A DNA stretch of 64,000 nt from NCBI RefSeq assembly GCF_009914755.1, contig NC_060927.1; one strand, given 5' to 3'. The notes under the pieces are model-generated. The model was not told the origin of the DNA. It saw only the letters and a program-made list of their open reading frames with translations, and did not search any database. Below, one piece after another: positions 52,891-64,000 of this stretch. A program made the position numbers and the translations under genes. Positions within the stretch are counted from its first letter, which is position 1, and each line of letters opens with the position of its first letter. Source of the DNA: the human T2T-CHM13v2.0 reference genome, Homo sapiens.

Positions 52891-54029
52891 ATCAGGTGGA
52901 CTTTGGATTCAGGCAGACCCAGCCACTAGTTAACTGTTTAACCTTTATCAGTTCTCCCATCTGCTTAGGTCCTCAGTTTCTTCAGCATAAAATGGAATAA
53001 ATACAACCTACTTCATTAGTATTGCATGCAAAGCACTTCACACAGTGTCTGGCACATAGGAAGCCCTAAAAAATAGCTATTATTCCTTAATAACATTCTT
53101 ACTAATATCTACTCAGCTCCCAACCCATGGCAAACTCAGGGTGCAACCTCAAACCAGCAGACTCAACATTTGTCTCAGCTCCACGCGACATGTGTCTATT
53201 AGGCTCACCAAAGGACTCATATTTGTAACTTGTTCTTTAATGATATGCACATTACCTCCTGCTGCTATTCTTTTAACATGTTGCTTTGATTTGATCTAAT
53301 TGGAGCCACAGCGTGGTTAATCACAACATTTAGTGGGAAGTTTGAAGAAGCCAATGGGTCCCTCATGTGTGTTGGGCTGCAACGCCGGCCCCTGCCAGGT
53401 CTTCCTGGAGCCTGGAGACAAGAGACTTATTGGGGAAACATACTATCCATCTGGAATCCTTTCTCAGAGGACCTTCTTGGCAAAGCTGCTGCCAAACATA
53501 TGCAACTGGTTTTTCAAGAAATTGCAGTTTATTGGGGCTGGGAAGTAATCTCAAAATTGACTTCTTCCCATCCATTTCCTTTCTTTGTGTTTGATTCTAG
53601 CGGTTTCTGTTGGAGCGACAGGTCATTTGTCACGTCTGGATGTTGCTGCCTTCATCTCTGCTCAGCTGAATTCCCACTTTCCTTTGGGTAATGTCTCCCT
53701 TGGTGACATCTTGGTTCAATTCTGGAACTTTTCAGACACTTTGAGTTACTAGAAAAAGCCCATTCCAAGAAATGAGACTTAGTGCTTTTGTAAACGTGTT
53801 TAAGTATAAAAGACATGTAGAAAAGTACACAGATTACAATTATACAGGTCAATGAATTTGCATGAAATGAACACATCTGTGCAAACTCAGATCGATAAAT
53901 TAAACATGATCACAATCTTAGAAACCTTCCTCTAATCATCCCCTCACAAGCTACCTGCTGTCTTGACTTCTAACACCATAGATTTGTTTTGCTTCTCTCT
54001 GAACTTGGTATGAATGAAATCAAATAATG

Positions 54030-54461
54030 TGTCAACCTAACTTCATTGGCCAGCACCTTTGTCTCTTTGCCTCTTTGCCTAGGGGCTTCCTCTGAGGATT
54101 GGAGCCCACTCTGCCACAGCTAGCAGCAGGCTGAAATTAACCAGGGAATTACCACCTTTCAAGACCAGGAGGCAATCAATGGCTCTCCAGAGTTGTTGAA
54201 TCAGTATCCCAGCCCCTATGAGGAATATCTCAGAAGGCATGGTCTCTATTGACTGTCAGATGTCCCCAGTAGGACTAAGCTCCTATTGTCTGCAGTGATA
54301 CTTTGCTCTGTGACACACTCTGAAGAGTGTGTCTTCCTCCCTTCCCTGACTCACTTCCCCATTTCTCCTATCAATGTTTCCTGGAATCCCCTCCTAAACA
54401 CACTAATTGCAGTAAATGCCTTGTCTCAGAGCCTGCATCTAAGGGAACTGTAACTAAGACA
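54030..54461 (+). mobile_element. ERVL solo LTR, LTR16C-like
   Basis: 'cccttccctgactcacttcccc...tttcctggaatcccctcc...cttgtctcagagcctgc...actaagaca'. Confidence 0.75.
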
Positions 54462-54545
54462 ACCCATGATTGTCTTCCAATTCCTTTTGCTTGACCTCAG
54501 AAAGCACAGTCCCCTTCCTTTCCCCAGTGGGGTTAGAATAGCTTT

Positions 54546-54675
54546 AAAAAAAAAAAAAAAGAGGCAGAAGCAGGGTGAGGAGGAAGAGAAAGAGGAATAA
54601 AAGGAGAAGGAAAGGAAGAAGGAGAAGGAAAAGAAAGAGCTGAAGGAAGATGAAAGAGATGAAGGAGAAGGAGAA
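54546..54675 (+). repeat. A-run followed by a purine-rich (GAA/GGA) low-complexity tract
   Basis: Seen directly. Confidence 0.85.
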
Positions 54676-55539
54676 TTATACTCCCTCCACGGCTATAGGA
54701 CTCTCCCCTCTCATTTTGTTCTTTTAATCTGATAGCTTATGGAAAGCTAATGATGATTAGTTGGAATCGGGCCCATTCTGCCAACCTCATCGGGCCTGAG
54801 GACAGTGTGCTGCCTCCTTGTTCTCCCCAACCCCAGCGGTGGTGCAGAAATCTCCCTAGCTCTGTGCCACTGTCAGCCAGTCTGAGACAATGGGAGAAAA
54901 TGCCACTTAGTCTCCTGTTATACATTTTCAAGGCTGGTCTTAGCCTCCAGTCTTTCAGGCTTCCCCCAGACACCAAGAATTTACATCCTCATCATTCTTC
55001 ATCTTCCACTTGGGACCCTTCACTGGGGCTTAGATTCTTCCAGCGTGCCCCTTCCCAGTCCTGGATGACTGCCTTCTAAAAACAGAACCGCTCTTGGCAC
55101 ACCTAGCAAAGCAAGGAGCTGCAAATCGCTCCACTAATGGACTCCACTGGGATTTCAGAGGCAAACTCCCATTGTAAGATTTCTGTGTCAGAAACTTCCA
55201 CCAAACTCCTGCGTATTCCTCTTGCTGTCAAGCAGGAAAGGCCAAGATTCTAGAATATGCAGTTTTCAAGTTCATGTCTGCCTCCACAAGGCACTCTTGG
55301 AGACTGTAATGTGCTCACTGATTGGGCACATTTTCAGTATAAGTTGATTTGCAGGTGGCTGGGACTGCAGCATCAGGCAGAGCCCTCCCCAGAATCCTTG
55401 ACACAGGGGGCTGAGGTTGGGCCTCTGGGTTCAAAATCCTCTAAAAGCTGTTGGCAAAATGTGTGTATTTGCTCACCTGCGTTGTTCTGAGGAATAGTTT
55501 TGTAGATTTCCACAACTCCTCAAAGTGGCCTAGGACCCT

Positions 55540-56452
55540 ATATTATTTGCAAACTATGCATCCGACAAATGTCCAATGTCTAGAATCCGTAAGGAACTCA
55601 CACAAATTCACAAGCAAAAAAAAAAAAAAAAATTAAGAAGTGGGCAAAGGACATGAACAGACACTTTTCAAAAGAAGACATGCGTGCCGCCAACAAGCAT
55701 ATGAAAAAATGCTCAATAACACTAATCATTAGAGAAATACAAACCAAAACCACAATGAGATACCACCTCACATCAGTCAGAATGGTTATTATTAAAAAGT
55801 CAAAAAATAATAGATGCTGGTGAGGTTGTGGAGAACCTTATACACAGCTGATGGGAATGTAAATTAATTCAGACATTGTGGAAAGCAGTAAAACAGAATA
55901 ACCAGGTGACTCAGCAATCCCATTATTGGGTATATACCCAAAGAAATATAAACCCTTCTACCATAAAGACACATGCATACGTATGTTCATTGCAGCACAA
56001 TAGCAAAGACATGGAATCAACCTAAATGCCCATCAGTGTAGATCCAGTGGACTGGTTAAAGAAAATGTGGTACATACACACCATGGAATACTATGCAGCT
56101 ATAAAAAAAGAACAGGATCATGTCCTTTGCAGCCACATGGATGAAGCTGGAAGCCATTATCCTCAGTAAACTAATGCAGGAACAAAAAACCAAATACCAC
56201 ATGTTCTTACTTATAAGTGGGAGCTAAATCATGAGAACTCATGGTCACATGGGGGGAATAACACACACTGGGGCCTATCAGAAGGTGGAGGATAGGAAAA
56301 GGAGAGGATCAGAAAAAATATCTATCGGGTACTATGCTTAGTACCTGGGTGATGAAATAATCTGTACACAAAACCTCTACGACGCACAGTTTACCTATAT
56401 AACAAAACCTGCACATGTACCCCTGAACCTAAAATAAAAGTTAAAAAAAAAA
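55540..56452 (+). mobile_element. L1PA15/16-type 3' ~0.9 kb (ORF2 end, 3'UTR, A-tail)
   Basis: 'aagtgggcaaaggacatgaacagacac', 'cctgcacatgtacccctgaacctaaaataaaagttaaaa'; small deletions. Confidence 0.93.
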
Positions 56453-57060
56453 TAACTCCCTATTGGTAAGAGAGCTGATTATTTGAAAACTGAGTAACCC
56501 TCCTAGGCTCCTGTGATCCCACTTCAACTTTACCAAATAGACACAGGTAACCCAATTATGGCCAATTAGCCTTGGGGCTGGGCCCTAGACCATGATGCAC
56601 CCCATTAAATAAACCTAACTCCAGAAGACCTTGAGGAGTGATGCAAATCTCCTCCTCCAAGAACATTTGAATCACACCCCGGAACGTAGGCTACATTTCC
56701 TCTTCACACATTTCTTTTCTCAAATTCTCACTCATGGAAGCAGCTACTTCCCCCAAATCTCCTTTCTCTGCCTCTTCCTAAAGTCCCCCTCTTGCCCCTT
56801 CCTCTCACCTCATGCACCTCTTTTTTTCCAGGTAGCTTGAGCCTTTCCTAACTCAAGTCTACTTTGCCTCTCTCAGCTTCTTACCACTGTCCCCTCCACT
56901 CATTAACCTGGGCAGCTCAAGGAAGGAGCTATGGAGCCAAGCAACACAGGCATAGAAGTCCAGAAGGTAGCGGAGGCGCAACAGCTCCAAAAGCTACGTC
57001 CAAATTGCTTTGTTGGTATCACATTGGGTAGACAAAAATGAAACCAAGGCAAAAGTTACC

Positions 57061-57536
<476 letters not shown>

Positions 57537-57632
57537 TAGTTACCTTTAAACTTAAACTGTATTATGTAAAAAAAATGAAGTAGGGCTGTTTGAACTGACA
57601 TAGATATCTAAGATATATTAAGCAGGGAGGAC

Positions 57633-57792
57633 CAGGGCATACAGAAAAGTATTACTTCCTTAAGAGTAAGCCACCTGGGACACAAAATTTAAGGGTGTGC
57701 TCGTTGTCAGGGTTGTGCAAACCATGTCCCTGTGCTAACATGAGCCTGAGAGTGGGTGCCTCCTTAAATTCTGCACCCTTGGCCTGGCCCTG
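57633..57792. mobile_element. MER96-like hAT-Tip100 MITE
   Basis: cagggc...gccctg TIRs; internal inverted 'aaaatttaaggg'/'ccttaaatt'. Confidence 0.7.
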
Positions 57793-58802
57793 ATATGAAA
57801 AGAAAACAGTAAAGCAGAACCATCTTACACATGTGTAGTATGATCTCGTATGTAAACACTACACATGTGTATTAAATATATAGAAATCTCTGAAGGGATC
57901 ACACCCAACGTGTTGATAGGGTTTCATTCTGAGATGTGGCATTGGAGGGAAGAGAGAAGGGCTTCCCTCTTAACTGTACCCACTTCTGTACTGTTTTAAA
58001 TTACAAAATAACAATTATATATGGCTCTTATAATTTTAGACAAGCCAGAAAATAAATAGAATAGTAAACCATATTACATGTAGAAGGGTCTACAAAAAAT
58101 ATATACACAGACTGTTAGGATTTTTTCTGTGGTCAGATGCAAATTGTGAAAACTGAGACATGTTGACGATTCTTTTTCCACTGATTTCAAAGCACCCTCA
58201 GTCCGCATGGCAGCCACCACCTCTGATTCATCTAGTTTGAGGTCTGTTCATGCAGCAGATGGAAGTTAGCATGCCCTTGGGATGACACAGCAAGGGTGGA
58301 GTGTGATAACGTTTCCCTTTCTCTCCTCTAAAGTGAGGGTGAAGGCAACAATCAGCTGCCCCTTCCCGCGGGGCAGCACTGTGATGGGAAAGAGTGAGGC
58401 AGAAGAGGCTGGGACTGCCCCACTGCAAATGTCTGGCTGGCCTGGGAAGGCTCTCAGCCATCCATGAAGAAGCCTACAAATTAGAATTGTTTTTCCAGAC
58501 TCTAAACTTTCTAAGCAGTGATATTTATCCACCTATCTTATCCAAGTTTTTCAGTGAAATGTTTAAAATGTACACATTACTCCAAGCAGAGCAGAAGAAT
58601 ATAACTGACTTCATTGTTTTCCTTCCTGGCATCCTCTGCATGTCCCTCGACCCTGGCTCTTCCTGCCTGACTCAGGAGTTCTGCATCATTGGCACTGTTT
58701 CCATCTTTCTTGGAATCAGACAGGAGATATACCAAGCCTGTTGCCCAAGGGTTTCTTATCAACACCCCAAAGAATTGTGAGCTTACTGGAGAGTCCCTAG
58801 AG

Positions 58803-59016
58803 CAGTGGTTCCCATCTAAGGGGAATTTGCACCCCAGGGGACACTTGGCAATGTCTGGAGACACTTTTGGTTGTCACATCTTAGGAGGAACTCTTGGTAT
58901 CTTGTGGGTGGAAACCAGGGATGCTGCTATAAGCAACCTCCAATGCACGGGGAAGCCCCCACAACACAGAATTATCTGGTCCAAAATGTCAATAGTGCTG
59001 AGATTGAGAAACCTTG
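58803..59016 (+). mobile_element. MER20, full length, perfect 8-bp TSD CCCTAGAG
   Basis: TSD at 58795-58802 and 59017-59024; followed by MER5A and MER58A fragments to ~59330. Confidence 0.92.
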
Positions 59017-59379
59017 CCCTAGAGCCTCACTACTCAAAAAAGAGTCCATGGACCGGCAGCATCGGCATTTCCTGGGAGCTAGTTGGAAATGCAGAATCCC
59101 AGGCCCCACACAAACCCCAAGTTGAGATAGAGCAGAAGATGAATAACCCCCATGTCGATCAGGATGGGCTAGTCAGTAAACCCTTCCTGTAGAGGGCGAT
59201 AGTAGGTACTTCAGGCTTTGAGGGCCAGATGATCTCTGTTGCAACTACTCAACTATGCCTTTGTAGTGTGGCAGCAGCCCTACATGGTAAGTAAACAAAT
59301 GCACATGGCTGTGCTCCAATCATTTGGCCAGCATCACTTTGCTGACCCCTGGACAAAGTCCATCTGTGGAAACAAATGA

Positions 59380-59710
59380 TCCCCCAAATAGTGAAGATTA
59401 TTTCTCATGCACACTGCATGTCCATCATAAGTTGTCTGAGGGCCCTGCACCATGCCAGCCCTGGGCAGGAACCCAGGGTCCCAGCTTCCACCATCACAAC
59501 CTTCACTGATCATCAGGGAGGGAAAATACATAGCAGGCACGGCACATGCGGTGCACAGACCAAGCATGCGTTTGCTCCTGGAGCTTCCACCTGGAAATAC
59601 CACCCACCTCTCTCACATTTTATTGGCCAAAGCAAGTCATGTGGCTGTGCCTAAATTCAAGAAGGTGGGGACATATTCCCAGAAGGATGGCAATGCCTAA
59701 TGACTACCTG
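59380..59710 (-). mobile_element. MaLR LTR (MLT1J-like)
   Basis: 'cacattttattggccaaagcaagtcatgtggc'. Confidence 0.6.
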
Positions 59711-60117
59711 GATCTCCTCTCCTCAGAAATCCCAGCCCTACCATAGGCTTAATTCATCCCATCTATGAATTCCATTAACTGTCTGGATAGACTTGAGCAG
59801 AGTTGCATCTCAGATTAGGCATGAACCACTTAGTGGTAAATGCATCTCTTCCTCATGCCTCTGTAAGGAATAACAGTGCAAGTATACATTGATGCGATTG
59901 TCTGTACTGTGCCAGGCACTGAGCACTTAATATATTTCATTTCTTTCCAATCTCACAACAGTTCTAGGAGGTGAATGTCATCTGCCTTTTACAAATAAGA
60001 AAACCCGAGACCGAGCGATGATGTAGCTTGTCCAAGGCCACCAGCTGGTAGATGGTAGAGTTAGGATTCAAGTTCAGGTCTGTCTGACCTCAAAGCCTGT
60101 ACATTTTAACATCATCA

Positions 60118-60415
60118 TTTTTTTTTTTTTTTGAGATACAGTTTCACTCTGTCACCCAGGCTGGAGTGCAGTGACGCCATCTCGGCTGACCGCAACCTCG
60201 ACCTCCCAGGTTCAAGCAATTCTCGTGCCTCAACCTCCCAAGTAGCTGAGATTACAGGCATGAACCACTACGCCCTGCTAATTTTTTGTATTATTAGTAG
60301 AGATGAGGTTTTGTCATGTTGGCCAGGCTGGTCTCAAACTCGTGACCTCAAATGATCCGCCTGCCTCGGCCTCCCAAAGTGCTAGGATTACAGATGTGAG
60401 CCACTGCACCTGGCC
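60118..60415 (-). mobile_element. AluS, full length, between MIR fragments
   Basis: Poly-T then Alu consensus ending 'cctggcc'. Confidence 0.95.
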
Positions 60416-60640
60416 TTTACTTTTTTACTTTTAATCTTCACAATAATCTGATGGGGTATGTATCATTAGACCCATTTTACTGATGAGGAAAAGGGGCCAA
60501 GAAGTTAATTAATGTGTGTCCAAGCTCAGATATTCAATGGTAGAATCAAGATTCCAACCCAGATCTATTGACACCAAAGACTGTGCTTCTAACAGTTTCT
60601 AGCACTGGGACATCTGTTCTGTAAGTGAGGCCCTAGGGCA

Positions 60641-61355
60641 TGTAGGTGCCTTGCCCATATCCTTGAGTCTTACTACTTCAGAGGGCATCAGCTGACTGTC
60701 AACTGTTAGGACTTCTGTCTCTTTGCTTGAGGGCTTTCTCAGAAGTCACACAAGGAAGTCATCTCTGTCTGTGCTCAGGGAAATTCAGAAGAGCTGAGAG
60801 ATCACCACCAGAGAACCAGCACCCTGCCCCTACCCAAACTTTCAACCAAAGATTGGCAGAGTAGGTGTGAAACATCCCGGCTCCCTTGCCTCCTGGGCCC
60901 AATAACTCTGCATGTACTCTACACTGGTTCCCAGAGGCCACAGTAACTATGTCACCTTCAGTAGCAGCTGACTCAATCACATACTCATTATTGGCTGTTA
61001 TCTTGGATTGTCAGATTTCACAAATAAAAATTACAGGATCCCCAGTTAACTTTGAATTTCACATAAAACTGATATTTTTGGTAGTGTAAGTATGCTCCAG
61101 GCAATATTTGGGTCACATACTAAAAAATGTATTCTTTATTTGTCTGAAAAATATTGCATAGGACATGCTTATGTTAAAAAATTATTCATTGTGTGACATT
61201 CTAATTTAACAGGCTTCCTGTATTTTACCGGGTAACCCTACAGCCAGTCCTTTCCTAGGTCATAGCCTCACTTCCCTACCTCCATCTCCAACTACACTGC
61301 TTATATTTGAATCCTTGTCTCAAAGTCTGTGCTAGGAGGAGCTCAAACTAAGATG
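60641..61355 (+). mobile_element. ERVL solo LTR (LTR16C-like) interrupted by MER53
   Basis: 'gtgccttgcccatatcc'...'gaatccttgtctcaaagtctg...aaactaagatg'. Confidence 0.7.
61004..61240. mobile_element. MER53 palindromic hAT MITE with an internal duplication
   Basis: 'acaggatccccagttaactttgaatttc' pairs with 'ctaatttaacaggcttcctgt'. Confidence 0.8.
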
Positions 61356-62000
61356 TAGGGTGACATAAGGAGCCAAACATGTCTGCACACAAAGAGATTT
61401 ACTGATGCTTAAGGGCCATCTGGACCCCACTGGAGCCAGGACAATGGGGCCACCAGCCAAACTCTACAAGAACCATTTCGAATTCAGCATATATGAAAGA
61501 GAGAAGGCTTTCTTCTCATATTGCCACTACTACTACAGCTGGAGGCTTACTGTGGGCGGTAGTTCTTTATCTTCTCATTATATGCTCTTCCGGTAAGCAT
61601 TGAAAGACATAGACATTTCTAGGCACTTCTTATCTGGGATTTCCTCTACTGCATTCAGCACCAATAGATCAGACAAATACTCAGGATGACATAGTCCCTG
61701 CATGGACCAGATCCTGCTGCCAACTGAATACCCATCCCACCCACCATCTTCTTTCTTAACATACCTTGATTTTGTTCACCTCCTTCAGAGCAGCTGCATT
61801 CTTCAGGAGAAGCTGAGCTATCCACAGAGAGTGACTCTTTTTCAGTGCAAATCAACCATGATAATGCCATTGCCTCTGCCAATATGTGATTTAGAAATGG
61901 ATATGAGATGCACTGCTGGCCCGGGGGACATGAGAGGCCATATGGGAAACACCTAAAAAGAGCCTTCTTTATTGTGACCCTTGAGCTCCTAAGAGGCACG

Positions 62001-62370
62001 AGTAGTGGATGCTAGCTGTACAACCCAGATCCTCTTTCAAGACAAGCACTTTCCCCGTACCTGCCATGAGTGCTTTATCTGAGGTCACCCCACCACCACC
62101 TACTCAGCGTCAGCACACATCCAGTGACTAGTCAATGCAGAGGTACAAAGGTCCAGCCTCTTGCCACGGTTTTGGAAACTCTGAAGCTCCATTCCAGCTC
62201 CAGAGGGCCCTATGAGTTCAGCTGAGGCCTCTGTTGCAGCCGCATCGTAGCTCAACTCCTCATTTTGGCCAGCCTTGCCTCTCTCACTCCCTAACAGCTG
62301 TTGTTCCTAAGAACATTCAACAACCTCCCTGCACACAAATTTCCATTTCAAGGAACTGGTGTTAAGACAA
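62001..62370 (+). mobile_element. ERVL solo LTR, LTR40-like, followed by an MLT1K-like fragment (~62380-62670)
   Basis: 'ccagctccagagggccc...gctgaggcctctgttgcagccgcatcgtagctcaact'. Confidence 0.7.
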
Positions 62371-62812
62371 CATATGAGGAGCAAGTTCCCTTGTTCACAA
62401 GCAGATGTTGCTTTCCACACATGCAACTACAGTGGCCATCTTGGGACCATGAGGGGAACCAGCCTAAGAAGATAAGTCCATGCTCTGAGGACAACAGAAC
62501 AAAAAGATAGAAAGAACCTGGGTCTTCAATGATGTCATTGAGCCACTAAATTAACCAACTCTAGAACTGCCCTACTTCTAGGATTCTGGTTATGCCAACT
62601 AATAGAAGTTCTTTGTCTTAAAACCTCTTCAAGTTGAATCTTATGTTGTTTGCAGCCCAAATCATTTTATATTATATACTACATATCAGTAGGAGGCAAA
62701 GGGAAATACTTCAAGCCAAGGAAGCACCCAGAACAGCATGGATTCCAAAATCCAGCACTTAGGTGACTTGCCAGAGTACTCCAAGTCCAGATGCAGTCCC
62801 CTCCCCTCATCC

Positions 62813-62984
62813 TTTTTTTTTTGTGTGTTTTTTTTTGAGACGGAGTCTCACTCTGTTGCCCCGGCTGGAGTGCAGTGGTGCAATCTCGGCTCACTGCTAG
62901 CTCCACCTCCTGGGTTCACGCCATTCTCCTGCCTCAGCCTCCCGAGTAGCTGGGATTACAGGTGCCCGCCACCATGCCCGGCTA
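62813..62984 (-). mobile_element. 5'-truncated AluY-type right monomer
   Basis: 'gttcacgccattctc'; TSD cagtcccct(cccct)catcct at 62794-62813 and 62985-62999. Confidence 0.9.
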
Positions 62985-63679
62985 CAGTCCCCTCATCCTA
63001 ACCACTGTGACACTTGTCCAGATGCAGTCCTCTCATCCTAATCACTGTGACATTCCCTCTCCTTTTTATACCACTGTTGTCCAGCAAAGCCAGAGGCTAA
63101 GAAGTGTGCAATTCTTTGCACAACTCTGAGAAAGAAGAAATCCCTAGATAATATTTTGACACCTTGTAATTCATGGAATAGCCATGCCTCTATTTCACTT
63201 TCTCCTTCTTTTCTTGTTACTTAGAAAGAAAATAGCAGAGAAACATGTCAGGCCAGGAAAGGCTAAATCATCCCAAGCGATGTCAACCTCATAAAATTAT
63301 GAAATACTGTAGGATGCTCAAAAAATATTTATACAGTTTTTCCCCCTCTTGTGATGAAGTAAGTTATTGAGCTGCATTTCCAGGCCTTGCGACATCTCAG
63401 TAGCCCTGTCTCAAAAGTCAGGCGTGCCTTTGGCACACAAGCTGTTGTCAGTGAGCTAAAGATTATACAATCTGTGTATTAGGTACCTAAATACACAATT
63501 CAAGCATGTGGCCATTTTGGCCTGAGTCTTTATTTTCATCAGTTATATAGAAGATTGGAAGTTAAGATCAAGGGCTCTGGAATCAAACAGCCTAGAGTTA
63601 AGTGCTAGACTGTGGACAAATTATTTAACTATTCTGTACTTGTTTCAACATCATCTATATAATGGAAAAACTAATAGTA

Positions 63680-64000
63680 CCAGTCAGCTTGGACTAAGTT
63701 ATGCTGCAGTAACAAACAACGTTAAAATCTCAGTGGCTTGGCAACAACAAAAGTTCATTGCTTATTAGAGACACATGTCCACTGTTGGCTGTGGCTCAAT
63801 TCCATGTGATCTTCATCCTGTAATGCAGATTGACATAGAAGTCTGTATTTGGGATACTGTCAATCTCATGGCAGAGAAAAAGAGATCCTGGCAGAACCAC
63901 ACAATGATTGTTAAAGCTTCTGCTTGGAAGTGGCACACATCAACTCTACCCATGCTTTATAGCCCAAAACTTGTCACACAGCAAGACTAAAGCCATGGGA
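63680..64000 (-). mobile_element. MaLR LTR (MLT1J-like), runs off the window end
   Basis: 'ttatgctgcagtaacaaacaac...aaatctcagtggctt...aaagcttctgcttggaagtggcacac'. Confidence 0.75.

Noticed and set aside
58689-59192. Longest ORF (167 aa)
   Set aside because: Runs through MER20 and MER5A; no recognisable domain, non-ATG start, no exon structure

Overview
Primate (human-like) genomic DNA: AluJ, AluS and AluY-type SINEs are present. I found no protein-coding exon, RNA gene or processed pseudogene, and I cannot name the locus. Every supplied ORF is a chance frame or translated repeat (Alu, L1 ORF2 C-terminus, MER1A, MER20, MaLR). About half or more of the window is interspersed repeat. It is unusually rich in ancient solo LTRs (about 12 LTR16/LTR33/LTR40-type ERVL, about 15 MLT1/MST MaLR, MER31, LTR54) and hAT/mariner fossils, plus L1, L2, MIR and Alu; many still carry readable target-site duplications (TSDs). 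Family names are recalled by eye from consensus sequences, so subfamily labels and some boundaries are approximate and need RepeatMasker/Dfam. Not every MIR, L2 or MER5 fragment is listed. The most interesting signals lie in non-repeat DNA: a CpG-dense patch with a strong minus-strand splice donor (candidate promoter/first exon, ~49.7-49.9 kb) beside an AP-1/TEAD/MEF2 motif cluster, two RFX X-boxes (~17.7-17.9 kb), two exact PBX-HOX sites with MEIS sites (46.2-47.1 kb) and a duplicated AP-1/MARE unit (15.5 kb). There are also mechanistic scars: a templated microhomology insertion in an LTR, a twin-primed L1, a nearly tailless Alu and an Alu trimer. I see no evidence for a new multi-gene system; the regulatory calls are motif-based hypotheses.
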